Assembly: GCA_951406725.2 (NCBI GenBank)
Contig: OX597820.1
Coordinates: 82,460,001-82,524,000, forward strand
DNA length: 64,000 nt
Direction: 5' to 3'
DNA from: Octopus vulgaris
Lineage: Eukaryota
Part shown: piece by piece, positions 13,721 through 25,706 of the stretch
Layout: each line of letters opens with the position of its first letter
Position numbering within the stretch: position 1 is the stretch's first letter
Notes under the pieces: generated by a model
The model's database searches: none
What the model was told of the DNA's origin: nothing
What the model saw: only the letters and a program-made list of their open reading frames with translations
Translations under genes and position numbers: made by a program

Positions 13721-14087
13721 TAAATATTTTTTGTGTTCCAACTTCGGAAATTCTGTGGCCATAGAGAAGCGTTATTTTGTCTATCAGTTATTAATTTAGT
13801 TTTCAAAACTGGTGAGTTAGAGTTCATTTTCGTTCCCTGCACTTTTTCCCCATTTTCACGAGGAAGGATTTCGTTGTCGTTTGAAAGAAATTATTCCTCC
13901 CTATCTATTTTTGTTGGTTTTTGTTGTCTTTTGATGAATTTTCTTACTTTGCTCTGGTATCTTTTTTTAGCTGTAATTATTTCTTTCTCTTTGTGCAACC
14001 GAAGTGTAGCACCATAGGCTGGAATTAATGGGTGGGGAGGTGTTTGTCTATCTATTTCTGATTATCACTGCAAACACAGTAATGATA

Positions 14088-14500
14088 GTCCTTTCTACTA
14101 AAGACACAAGGCCTGAGATTTTGGGGGAGGTGGATAGTCGATTACAAGGCCTGACATTTAGAGTCGATTACATCGACTTCAGTGCGTGAGTTTAATCGAC
14201 TCTGAAAGGATGAAAAGCAAAGTCGATCTCTGCGGAATTTGAACTCAGAACGTAGTGGCAGACGAAATACCTATTTCTTTACTACCTACTAGGGGCTAAA
14301 CACAGAGAGGACAAACAAGGACAGACAAACGGATTAAGTTGATTACTTCGGCCCCAGTGCGTAACTGGTACTTAATTTATCGACCCCGAAAGAATGAAAG
14401 GCAAAGTCGACCTCGGCGGAATTTGAACTCAGAACGTAACGGCAGACGAAATACGGCTACGCATTTCGCCCGGCGTGCTAACATTTCTGCCGTATTTCGA
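14088..14500 (-). mobile_element. dimeric/composite family-A SINE
   Basis: two consecutive units of atcgac..cgaaag.atgaaa.gcaaagtcga.ctc.gcggaatttgaactcagaacgta. Confidence 0.88.
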
Positions 14501-14680
14501 CCGATTGTCTGTTTTCCTCACGGTCAAAATGTAAAATGAAATGGAGTTAGAAATACAAAAATTCAAAATACGAATGGGAGTATTTTGCGTTTCTTTTTAT
14601 ACAAAATAAGGTAATCAGTTTTCGCTTTTACATAACTGGTAACAAGGAAAAAGAAAGAAAGAAAACAGTAAAGAGAATAC

Positions 14681-15680
14681 TTAGTCAAACTGTTTTGTGT
14701 ACAAGGAATGAAACCCGTCCGTCATTTTATTCATTCCTCCAGAGCGTGACGTTAGCAATTCACAAATATATTTATTCTCATGCGTTTTGAGGACTGAAAG
14801 TACCGTAGAGTCAGAATGCTTTCTGAGAATGTTTCGAAAAATTAGAGCCGTTTGATGTAAAATGTTCGGCCAGTTCCATAGAAATACTGTTATTTTGCCT
14901 GACGTCAAACATATGTCAATTGAATCTTTTATTTAATTGTTCTGTTGCACAACCAATATATATCTAGTTGTATTTCGTGCATTCCGCTATGTACATCAAA
15001 CGGGAATCTTTAGACGTTCCACCTTCTGTATAAATCATAACATTTCTGTTATAATTTGTGATGGAATTGACTTGAATGATGCTGTTGCACAATAAACAGG
15101 GCATACCTCTCTTGCGGCTGTCTTTCGGAGTGCAGCTTTCAGAAACGCCAATGGTAGTTTTTGATGGATTAGAGATAGTGATTAATAGATCTCTTATATT
15201 TTTATTGCGTCTAAAGGCTACAATAAGCGGACAAGGGAATATTTGGTTGAAACGACGATATTTTTCAGAAATATGCTGGTAACTTTCATGCAACACTTTT
15301 GAAATGCCAACGAAATTTCAGTACCAGTTAATCACGAAAGGAATTCAATTTTACTTTTACTTCGGCTACTAAAATTATGTGTGAAAGTTCGAATTTTCTT
15401 GCTAATTTTAGCTATGTTATTTGCAATTTACTTTAATCGTAATTCACAGCATTTTGCAGTAATCCCTTATATCAGTACAAATCCGTTTTATCCTAAAAAA
15501 TTAGGATTTGACCTAATTATGATATACGTGATCGGAGCGGTGGGGAATGTAATTGTGGGATTACTTGGGCTTGCAAAGTAAATCTGTTTCTATTCTGCCT
15601 TCTGAAAATGTAATTTTTATGTCTCAAAATTCAATAGTAATTTTTGAAACCTAGATGTGAATTTTATATAGTTTTTGCGT
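14681..15680 (-). mobile_element. Penelope-like element 3' part (RT thumb, linker, GIY-YIG endonuclease), degraded
   Basis: TDLLCKP..SHNY, LIVAFRRNKNIRDLL, RGMPCLLC, LMYIAECTKYN*IYIGCATEQLNKRFN. Confidence 0.85.
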
Positions 15681-15689
15681 AACAGTCAG

Positions 15690-16900
15690 GAAGAGGCAAG
15701 AAGTTAACTGAACTGACTTGCAATCTTTCCCAGACAAAAAAGCCGTCACCTGAATACCAATGTGGATTTCGGGTTAGGAGAGATACAGTTGACAATATTT
15801 TTTCCCTAAGGTAAATTCAAGAAAAAAAACACAAACACTTGTGCAAAATACATAGTCTTTGTCGACTTGATCAAGGCCTTTGATACAGTGAATCGGGTAG
15901 GCGATTTGGAAAATTTTGATAAAATGACAAGGGTAGTAGCATCTTTGCACGAAGGAATAATGGCAACAGTAATATCTAACGGTCAATATTCAGAGGCATC
16001 TTCTGTTTCCACTAGAACCAGTGTTGCGTTTTAATTCCTGTACTTTTTGCTATATTTTTACGATAATGCTCCAACATGCTTTTAAGGATTATCTTGAAGG
16101 TGCAAACTTTCAGTCTCGCACAGATTAAAGTCTATTAAACTTAAATGGACAAAGCTTCAGATCAAAGGAAAAGACCAAAGAAGAGATTGTGCGCAATTTT
16201 CTGTTTGCTGATGATTGTGCTTTGAATTAGGAAACAGTTGACAGGTTTACTACAGCAGCTCGTGCATTTGTGTTGGCTATTAGCATTAGGAAGATTGGAA
16301 TTTTATTCCAACCAAAGTAATGATTGACACTAAGCCACTCAAAAGGGTCTGGTCATTTAAATATCTTGGAAGTACAAGAAACTTTAAGAGTACTCTTGTT
16401 GACGAAATCAATGAATATACAAGGCAACAAGTGATTTTGCGAAACTTACCTATCGTCCGTTGAATGAACACGGTGTCAGTTTGAAAACTAAAATAAATGT
16501 ATACAAATCTTGTTTTTTGGGCATACTCTTGAATGGGGCAGAAGCTTGGACTCCCTACTACAGACATATAAGGAAACTTCAAACCTTTCACATGTGCTGT
16601 CTGCGCGATATTACGCCATAAAAATGACAATATAAAATATCATGTTAAAATTTTAGAAAAATGTGGTATCTCCAGTATCGAAAGCATGCTGTTGAAAACT
16701 CAGTGTAGATGGGCAGAATATGTTGTGCGAATGCAAGATGATTACATTCCAAAAATTCTTTTGCATGTAGAGGGATTCCGCGATAAAAGAAAACCCATGC
16801 TAAAGCATAAGGATATGTGGAAACAATCATTAAATTTCCTACAACTTAATTTAACATCTTGGGAAAGATATTGCCATGATGCATCTAAACAATTAAAATG
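15690..16900 (+). mobile_element. RTE-clade LINE reverse transcriptase remnant
   Basis: PEYQCGFR, FVDLIKAFDTVNR, FLFADDCAL, FKYLGS, GAEAWT, FHMCCLR, RWAEYVVRMQDDYIPKILL. Confidence 0.9.
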
Positions 16901-16974
16901 AGAATATCTGAAATAAACTCGACTACTCTCACAAAAGAAAATACTAAAATTGAACCCGACCGCTCTCAAAAATT

Positions 16975-17182
16975 AAATAAAAAACCGGAAAAATATCCCA
17001 GAATCCTTGTCCCGTACCGGATCGGTCCCAAAATCTAATCAGTTCGTGTCAGTTACGAGGTCAAATATCCCTGAAAGTTACATCTGAATCCATCCAGCAG
17101 TTCTTGAGATATTTTGTCCACTGACAAAGGAACAAACATGCCCCCAAACAATTCCGCCGCCTTCGCTAAGGCAGAGGTAATA
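16975..17182 (+). mobile_element. Helentron-associated (HINE/DINE-1-like) non-autonomous element, 3' part
   Basis: ccaaaatctaatcagttc...ttcttgagatatt...gacaaa.gaacaaac, terminal hairpin gcctt-cgct-aaggc followed by agaggtaa. Confidence 0.65.
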
Positions 17183-17187
17183 ATAAT

Positions 17188-17345
17188 GGTTTCAAATTTT
17201 GGCACAAGGGCAGCAATTTCGGAGGGGTGGGTAAGTCCGTTACGTCAACCTTCAAAGCTTGAAATGCAAATTTGACCTCGGCGGAATTTGAAATCAGAAA
17301 GTAAAGTCGGACGAAATGCCGACTCCGCCGGCTCGCCACCTACTT
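17188..17345 (-). mobile_element. family-A SINE, internally deleted
   Basis: ttttggcacaagggcagcaatttcgg...gacctcggcggaatttgaa...gccggctcgccacct. Confidence 0.82.
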
Positions 17346-17505
17346 TCCTTATCGAGCATGGAAGGATGAAAATGAAAGGTGAGATTTGAACACAAAATAC
17401 AACTACTACTACTACTACTACTACTGATAAAATAGTTCTTAACAGTAATGGTAATATACAAAGTGTAAAAATAATCCCAACGGCGTTTGAAAATGCTGTT
17501 ATTAA

Positions 17506-17543
<38 letters not shown>

Positions 17544-18344
17544 AACCAACAACATCAACATCATCATCAGCAACATTACCATAATCACTCCCATCAACAA
17601 TACATTCGGAACAATAACACTTATAACTGCGTTATATAATAATGGGAGTCAAAATTCCAGATAATGGCTGACAGATGCAATAAAAGAATAAATTGTTGTA
17701 AGACAGTTGGAGTAGATAGAAATTTATTGAAACTAGCGGAGGATATTGACGACGCTCGCATATCACATAGACACAATGACAGACAGCAACATAGCGGTAA
17801 ACGCACAAACACAAGCAGATACAACCAGCAGTAAACATAAGCATATACAAACATTATGTAGCAATAGGCATATATACGTATGATAAATATATATATATAT
17901 ATATTGGTATGTTTTCACTTATACACATGTATTATACATTACATTAAAATAAGCGTGATTCGTAACAGATGACCATATGTTTCGTTCTATATGATATTAT
18001 TAATCGAATGATGTGAGGTATAGCTAAAACTGCAATGAACGCATATTCTTTTTAAACTGTATTAGATTAAACGATTTCATATAATTTTAAAATGCATAGG
18101 AGAGAAGGGCATTAGATGTATGAGTGGGATGTCATTGGAAGAGCACAGGGAAAAAATTATAATTAGAGACAGGAAAAGCAGTAAGGAAATAAAAGCTAAT
18201 TAAGAGAAATTTGGATTTTAATAGAAACGGAGGAGGTAAGTTAGAGGCATAACTAGCGAGTGAACTTAATTTTAGGAAAACTACGAGAGGGAAAAGGAAA
18301 CAATTTTAGTTGTAAAGAAAAATATACATAATTTAAAGGTATCG

Positions 18345-18612
18345 TTTACGTGTTTCAGACATTAGACTGCGGCAATGCTGGGGTACCACCTTGAGGATGT
18401 TTTGTCGAACAAAACGATCCTAGTAATTTTAAAGCCTCATGCTTATTCTACTGATCCCTTTTACGGAACCACAATGTTATGGGGACGTAAACACACCAGC
18501 AACGGTTGTCAAGTGGAGGTAGGGAACAAACACAAACACACACACACATAACGGGTTTCTTTCCGTTTCCATCTAGCGAATCCACTCACGAGGCTATTGT
18601 AGATGGCACTAT
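18345..18612 (-). mobile_element. family-B (CORE-type) SINE, partial
   Basis: gtttcagacattagactgcggcaatgctggg...ggggacgtaaacacacc...tttccatctagcgaatccactcacg. Confidence 0.82.
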
Positions 18613-18766
18613 CTGTCTGTCTGTCTCTATCTATCTATAAAAATACAGTGTCCATTTCAACACATAAGAGATGGCCATAACAGGACATCTGACCCACTAG
18701 AAGTAGTTAAACTCCAAATCACTATTAGGGGTAACTTCGAAAGGGAATGAAAACATTTACCCTCTA

Positions 18767-18841
18767 TTTCCTGTACCATGTTTTCAAGCAATCTTCAGTA
18801 AATAAACTAATTTACTTGGCGAAGCTCTCGTCAGCAGGAAA
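18767..18841 (-). ncRNA. near-intact minimal type-I hammerhead ribozyme
   Basis: minus strand: tttcctg-CTGACGA-gagc[ttcgccaagtaaat tagttt atttactgaagatt]gctt-GAAA-acatgg-TA-caggaaa; 7-bp stem I, intact CUGACGA/GAAA, GUA cleavage triplet; stem II closes G.U instead of G-C. Confidence 0.8.
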
Positions 18842-18949
18842 GCCAAGATTAACATATAAAGACGAGGCGATAAAGAACATGCTTCGTGTTTACATGTAAA
18901 CACGAGGCATGTTCCTTATCGCCTCGTCTATTTATGTTAATCTTAGCTT
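18840..18949. repeat. 110-bp loop-less palindrome (55-bp arms, 5 mismatches)
   Basis: pairing counted base by base around the centre ...gtgtttaca|tgtaaacac... (between 18894 and 18895). Confidence 0.97.
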
Positions 18950-19810
18950 AACATAAATAACCAGCATAGATAACCATCTGGCGGAAGATCTGCCTGGGGT
19001 TAAGCTAGTAGTAACATGGAAAGCCACTTTGATGTGGCAATTAACTTTACTTGTTACACATACACACACACGCACACGCACACGCACGAGCGCGCGCGCA
19101 CACACTCACAGAAGATCTGAGGGGATTAGAAAGGAAAGCCTGTGTTAAGGTAGATATTTTGTATACCTTTTTTAAATAATTAAAAAAAGGAAAACAAATT
19201 TGGATAATATCTAAATACCTTAAAAGCTCAAATAATTAAATATTTATTTGGTTAATATTACTGCTTGTAGAATATCATCATAAATCTAATTTGTGTTATT
19301 TATATAATAAGAATATAAAATTTTATCGCCACGTCGTTAACCTTAACTCTTAGAATTCTTTTAGATCTAATGGGCAGAAGATTACGCATTCTATTATGAT
19401 GATATTAGTATCTCTACAAGTCTCAATCGATGATATTAGTAGTTAAGCTTTATCTGCTGAGCATTATCATTTCATTACCCAAGGTTTCACTTAATTTAAA
19501 TCATACCTTTGTTCTTGATTAAATGGTTGAATAATTCTAACGAAGTGATGATGATGATAATGACGACGATGACGATGATGTTGATAACGATTTTGAAAAT
19601 AATAATTAAGATAATTACAAAATTCAGAACTATTCGCTCGCCTATTTATTTATTCATATAATTATTCATCTACTTCACTTATTCATTTTACTTCCTTAAG
19701 TGATGCTTAATAATGTATGTTTATGCTTTAAACCTTTCACTCATTGACCTATTTCTATAAAATCTGAATAACAGTTAGTGACGATCTAACGATGCAATAT
19801 ATACCACATA

Positions 19811-19854
<44 letters not shown>

Positions 19855-20088
19855 ATTAGAAAGAGTATTTATTGTTAAATCAAGATGTGTTTATATTTCA
19901 TTTATTTGTTCACTACTACCATTTATCTTATTTTATTTCATTTATTTGCTTATTTGATTTATTTAATTTCATTTAAACATTTTTTCCCCTTCTTCCTCAT
20001 TTCCCATTTTCTTATGTATGTCTTCTTATCTTTAATTAGAGGAACTGCTCAATTCAATGACATCTATAGATCATTATTTTGCATCAGT

Positions 20089-20305
20089 AAGGCGGCGAGC
20101 TGGCAGAATCGTTAGCACGTCGGGCGAAATGCATAGCTGTATTTCGCCTGCCGCTACGTTCTGAGTTCAAATTTCGCCGAGGTTGACTTTACCTTTCATC
20201 TTTCCGAGGTCGATAAATTAAGTACCAGTGAAACACTTGGGTCGATGTAATCGACTAGTCCCCTCTAACCAAATTTCAGGCCTTGTGCCTTTATTAGAAA
20301 GTAAT
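20089..20305 (+). mobile_element. full-length family-A tRNA-derived SINE with Nin/Deu-type domain
   Basis: ggcggcgagctggcagaatcgttagc (A box), gagttcaaatt (B box), cctttcatctttccgaggtcgataaattaagtacc (Nin-like domain). Confidence 0.9.
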
Positions 20306-20742
20306 ATTTTGCCTCACAAAACACTCTCTGTCTCTCTTCCTCTATAGGCTCCACTTATTCTCTTGCCTTCTCCAATACCATCACTCGTTTTGTCAACACC
20401 ACCATCTTTATCCTCACCAAATAAATCAATGCTTACTGGTCAGGCAAATTAACATGCAAAGGATCACCATCTTTTCATATCCGAAAACCGCCACACACAG
20501 AACCGCGCATGCACGCACATACACATAACTTTTCCTTATTGTAATACAAATGAATAAACAAATATATCGATTCTATATCTTATATCTTATATTGAGCATT
20601 TCTTTGTGATTAGCCAAGATTTTTTTTACACGGAAACAACAATTATATATGTACATGCACAGGCACATTTGTGCATAAACATGATGAAGTAGACTGCAAA
20701 GTAACTCTATCGCTCTCTATCCATATCTACCCCCACACATTG

Positions 20743-20819
<77 letters not shown>

Positions 20820-21364
20820 TGTGCGTGTGTGTATAGTAAAAGTAAAAAAGACGAGATGTCTAGGTGAAAATTACAAACGATTAGGTTTACGCCTCCAAAA
20901 AGTAGAGGCTTTTACGTTTCGAGTAAAAATGGAAAAACGGAGTGAGAAAAGTGCAAATGTGTCTCAGTTAGAGAGTCACTGCATGCTGGAATGACCGGAA
21001 GTGGAAGAGGTCGCTAGAGGCGTGAGTGGCAAGGGGTAACTGGTGTATGTGTGTGTATTAATAAACGCGTGTCTCTATATGAAGCTCTTGTGTGCCGGTA
21101 TAATTTGTGTTTGTACATATGTATATATGTGTGCACGCGCGCGTGTGTGCACAGGGATACACAGATGTATATATATATATATTTGTTTTTATGTTAGAAT
21201 AAAACAATCTTATACTAAATTAGAAGATTATTCAATACTTTTGATAGAGTAAAAATTTATCATTCGTTCATAAGAATAGTACTGACAGCGACTTCGAAGT
21301 TTCGGACTGTCCAATGATGGACTTAGTTGGCTGAAAGTGCGACATCTCTGTCAATACTTTTCAG

Positions 21365-21403
<39 letters not shown>

Positions 21404-21619
21404 TGAAGTGCAATAATAGAAGTGAAACTATTGATCACTTTCTAACCGGTCACAACTTGCGACTAAATGATATATTATTGCTCAAAAAATTGTTTCAGAA
21501 TGCACTTCTATTCAGACTCACCGACAAATGGTCGATTCTTCACGCTTCCCGATTGTGAAGTGTATAGCAATAGGCCACCACGTAATTTATGTTTTATAAC
21601 TGCTTCACCGGTTAAGCAC

Positions 21620-21933
21620 AAATGTTTTTTAATGCGCCCTTTTCAAGCCTAGCCAGGCTCATGGGCCCGGTTTCCCGGTTTCTGTGGCGTATGTGTTCTC
21701 CCCAGCTGGACGGGACGCCAGTCCATCGCAGCGATACCCAAGAAACAGGAAGAGAGAGAGAGAGAAAGTTGGGGCGAAAGAGTGGGGTCGCTACCACCCC
21801 CTGATGGAGTCTCGAGGAGCTTTAGGTGTTTTCGCTCAATAAACACACACATCGCCCGGTCTTGGAATCGAAACCGCGATCCTCCGACCGCGAGTCCACT
21901 GCCCTAACCACTGGGCGAATTGCACATCCACTA
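21620..21933 (-). mobile_element. family-C tRNA-derived SINE with V-domain-like segment
   Basis: minus strand head cccagtggttagggcagtggactcgcggtcggaggatcgcggtttcgattcc; V-like gcgatggactggcgtcccgtccag. Confidence 0.87.
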
Positions 21934-21935
21934 AA

Positions 21936-22188
21936 TAAATGCGCCCTTTTAAAGCCTATCCAGGCTCATGGGCCCGGTTTCCCGGTTTCAATGGCGTATA
22001 TATTTCCCAGCTGGACGGTACGCCAGTCCATCGCAGAATTACTCATTTTTTCCCGCTGAGTGGACTGGAGCAACGTAAAATGAAGTGTTTTGTTCAGGAA
22101 CACAACGCGTCGACCGGTCCAGGAATCGAAACCACAATCTTACGATCATGATGCTGACACCCTAACCACTAAACCACGCGCCTCCACT
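21936..22188 (-). mobile_element. second V-domain SINE with a different head/centre but the same tail as 21620-21933
   Basis: head agtggaggcgcgtggtttagtggttagggtgtcagc...ggtttcgattcc; shared gcgatggactggcgt.ccgtccagctggg...ccatgagcctgg. Confidence 0.87.
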
Positions 22189-22329
22189 ATGCACATATAC
22201 GTAGTCACAAAGTACACTCTCTTTACGGACATGGAATTATACAATCTTAGTTACTCAGTATAGCCACGCCATCAAATGAACTCTGCACGAGGACTACATG
22301 AGGATGCTACTCAAGAATAAGGCGCATGA

Positions 22330-23545
22330 AATAGAAGGTATACTTCAATAACCAAGCTACACTACCCTCGGAGGTTAACAGAATCAAAGACCTCGAGGTC
22401 TTCGAGGTGGACCTACTGGATATCAGCTCCAAACTGAGAATCTGTAAGTCTCCAACCATTTTCAGCACAAGCTTTCTTCCGATATACGTCTCCTTAAAAA
22501 ATCAGATTGAGCTTTACTGTTTTCCGATAAAACAACAACAAAAAAAAAACCCTTTATAGAGAAGATGCCATCATGTTTCATAGGCAAAATTATAGACTAG
22601 CTTTACAGCACACATAACATACCGTAAACAACGAAGCCAAACCGCTAACCAATAATCTAGGAATAGAAGAGTTAGCAAAGGAGAAATGCTTTTATTGTCA
22701 TCAAAGATCACATAGTGAAATTCGTCTCCAACGGCAAGTGCCGCCTAATTAACTCAGATTAATCGGAAATTGGGCTGGTGAGCAAGCATATTTTGAGATA
22801 AACGAAGACATAAGGAGAGCATCCAGTCCCTCCTTACAGCGTAATATCAATGAAGTTATTTCACGGCGGCGTAATACCAATGAAGTTATTTTATGGTTTC
22901 AGGCAAGTTGTTTCATGGTTTCATGATAGAGGCAGTGTAATATTCACCCCAGTTCGATCAAGTGGACTTTTATCCGTCGCTATCGAAAGGGTTACTAGTT
23001 AGGACACTGATATTTGCTAGGGTATCGACTGATGTTAGGGACAGGTAAATAGAAATATTAATGCATGCCAGGAAAACCTTGTCGTTCAACAAAGTTTCTA
23101 CCTGAGTGAAACAAACTGAGCGAGCAGGTTTCTACGATATGGCGATGAAAGCATTCGATAGCGCAGATTTTTGCGACCTCATAGGATTATATATATATTG
23201 GATTTCTTAGCGAAATATTTCCTATAGAGATGACGCTTTGGCCTTCCCTAGAGGCGCAAACAGGCACATCTTAGATAGGCTTAGATCCCTGGTCTTAAGG
23301 TTAGAATTGAGATCAACCTTACCGTAGTTAACTTTCTTGATGTTATGCCCGATGTGGGTACCTATCGTAATTCAAACAAAAGGCTGTCTTACATGAAAAC
23401 GGCATCTTGCCACCCACCTATTACGTTAAAAAACCTGATGAACGGTGTCACTTAAAGGATATCGAACCCGACCTCGAATAAATACATTTTCCACACTGCG
23501 GTCCCCTATTACAAAGAGGCTTTGACGACCATATACGTTCATAGT
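22330..23545 (+). mobile_element. Penelope-like reverse transcriptase remnant
   Basis: AFIVIKDH, KCRLIN..SEIGLVSKHIL, NTNEVILWF, DFYPSLS, MHARKTLSFN, CDLIGLYIL, YRDDALA, VVNFLDV, SCHPP. Confidence 0.85.
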
Positions 23546-23579
23546 AAAATAAAGAAAAATATAAAAAAGAGGAGAAATA

Positions 23580-23735
23580 GTTGCAGGTATGAGGTGGGGT
23601 TAAGAAACTCGCAGTTTTGTCCCACTGCGTGACACCTTGGGTATTTTTTACTCTAAACCTCGGTCCGATTAAAGCTTTGTGTGAGTGAACTCGGGAAACG
23701 GAAACTGTGTTGGCAGCCCGTTTTGTCTGTCTGTA
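23580..23735 (+). mobile_element. family-B SINE 5' fragment
   Basis: gtcccactgcgtgacaccttggg...aaagctttgtgtgagtg..ggaaacggaaactg. Confidence 0.75.
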
Positions 23736-23763
23736 CGAGTAAAATATATACATATGTTTATAT

Positions 23764-24002
23764 CAGTGGCTCTCAACCGGGCTTCATATGGTCCTTAGGG
23801 GTCCATATGAGATTTTGTTGTTAAAATTTATCTGCCATAAATTGCTTATATTTCTACAATGCACAAAATATTTTAATGATTTTTTAAATGCAATTCCTAA
23901 AAGTATAATAGGATTTTTTTAAAGATCGAATGGCCAGGAGGTCTATCCGAATAAAATAGGAATGAAAGGGATCCATAGATACAAAATGGGTGAGAAACAT
24001 TG
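23764..24002. mobile_element. hAT-like MITE
   Basis: ends cagtggctctcaacc / ggtgagaaacattg; no 8-bp TSD preserved. Confidence 0.55.
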
Positions 24003-24019
24003 ATAAAGGTAATAACTTT

Positions 24020-24303
24020 AGGAATTTTTAGAGGTTTGGATAATTCACCTTTGGAAACATGGGTAGTTCGTTCAATATCCTTAAACAATCCTTATTCAGG
24101 GACCTTTTGAGTGGAATGGGCGACTAGACCAGCAGAAAAAATTCTAACTGGGCCCCACCTGCAAGGTCATGCGCTGTTTATCTTGACATGAGATCACCAT
24201 GTCACGCACATATGGTTATGATACATGAGCCTGGTGTATCCTTATCAGACGGGTAGTCATGATGGGTATACTGGGCTTCGTATATTTTACCCCAGTGTCA
24301 CTC
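24020..24303. mobile_element. interspersed repeat X abutting (AAT)n; same sequence occurs at 32191-32371
   Basis: gacgggtagtcatgatgggtatactgggcttcgtatattttaccccagtgtcact matches the reverse complement of 32218-32275. Confidence 0.85.
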
Positions 24304-24330
24304 AATAATAATAATAATAAGTTATATAAG

Positions 24331-24415
<85 letters not shown>

Positions 24416-25193
24416 GTTATATAAGTATATATATATATATATATATATATAGATACTTATATAACTTATATATATACGTACATACATATATACATATTCA
24501 CACATACACACATACGCACGCGCACACACACAGGCATATATGAAAATACTCGGATATACACAGCTACGGAGAAAGAGATATAAAGAGTTAGAGACATACG
24601 TAAACAGATATAATTATATACAGGATATATATGACTATGCCTTTCTTCATAGATAAATCAAGAGCTAAATAAGTTCTTCACAGTTATTGATAAGGTGCGG
24701 CATTGAAAAATGTTTTTGATTCACTTAATACGCTTGTAGATGAAGCGATGTTGATGCTTCTAGACGGATTCTTCGTTAATTTTCATTTAAGTGTAGGTAT
24801 GGAATTATGTTTGATAAAAATATAGAGACCAACGTAGTCTAAACATATATTCTGTATGCCAGCATACATAAGCATATACATACAGATACCTTAAGATATA
24901 TGCATATACGTATGCTTTATTCGCACCTACATACCTGCTGAAATTCATGCGTGTGCACATATATAATAGTCTCTTAATATATGAATTTCTTAACACGCAA
25001 TATGTAAGTATACTCACATACATACATACATACATACATACATACATACATACATACATACATACATGCATACATACATGCATACATACATGCATACATG
25101 CATACATACATGCATACATGCATACATGCATACATGCATACATACATACATACATACATACATACATGCATACATACACACATACACGTATAC

Positions 25194-25271
<78 letters not shown>

Positions 25272-25295
25272 ATATCTATATAATCAACATGTAAG

Positions 25296-25329
<34 letters not shown>

Positions 25330-25339
<10 letters not shown>

Positions 25340-25496
25340 CTTATATAAGCAGATATATATATATATATATATACATATATACTCATATATACAAACATAC
25401 ATACATATATATCTATATCTGTCTATCTATCTATATAGATGTATGTCTGTATATAAACGCGCAAATGATCGATTAGATTGGCAGTTACACATACAA

Positions 25497-25528
<32 letters not shown>

Positions 25529-25546
25529 GTATATACTTATATAAGC

Positions 25547-25585
<39 letters not shown>

Positions 25586-25706
25586 TACATATATACTCAT
25601 ATATACAAACATACATACATATATATCTATATCTATATATCTATCTATCTATCTATCTATATAGATGTATGTCTGTATATAAACGCGCAAATGATCGATT
25701 AGATTG
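25330..25706. repeat. imperfect tandem duplication (~200-225 bp unit) within microsatellite-rich DNA
   Basis: tacttatataagcagat...atactcatatatacaaacatac...tagatgtatgtctgtatataaacgcgcaaatgatcgattagattgg occurs twice. Confidence 0.9.

Noticed and set aside
20905-20925. Minus-strand ctc-GAAA-cg-TA half-hammerhead
   Set aside because: The 5' core is absent, so it cannot be supported from this copy.
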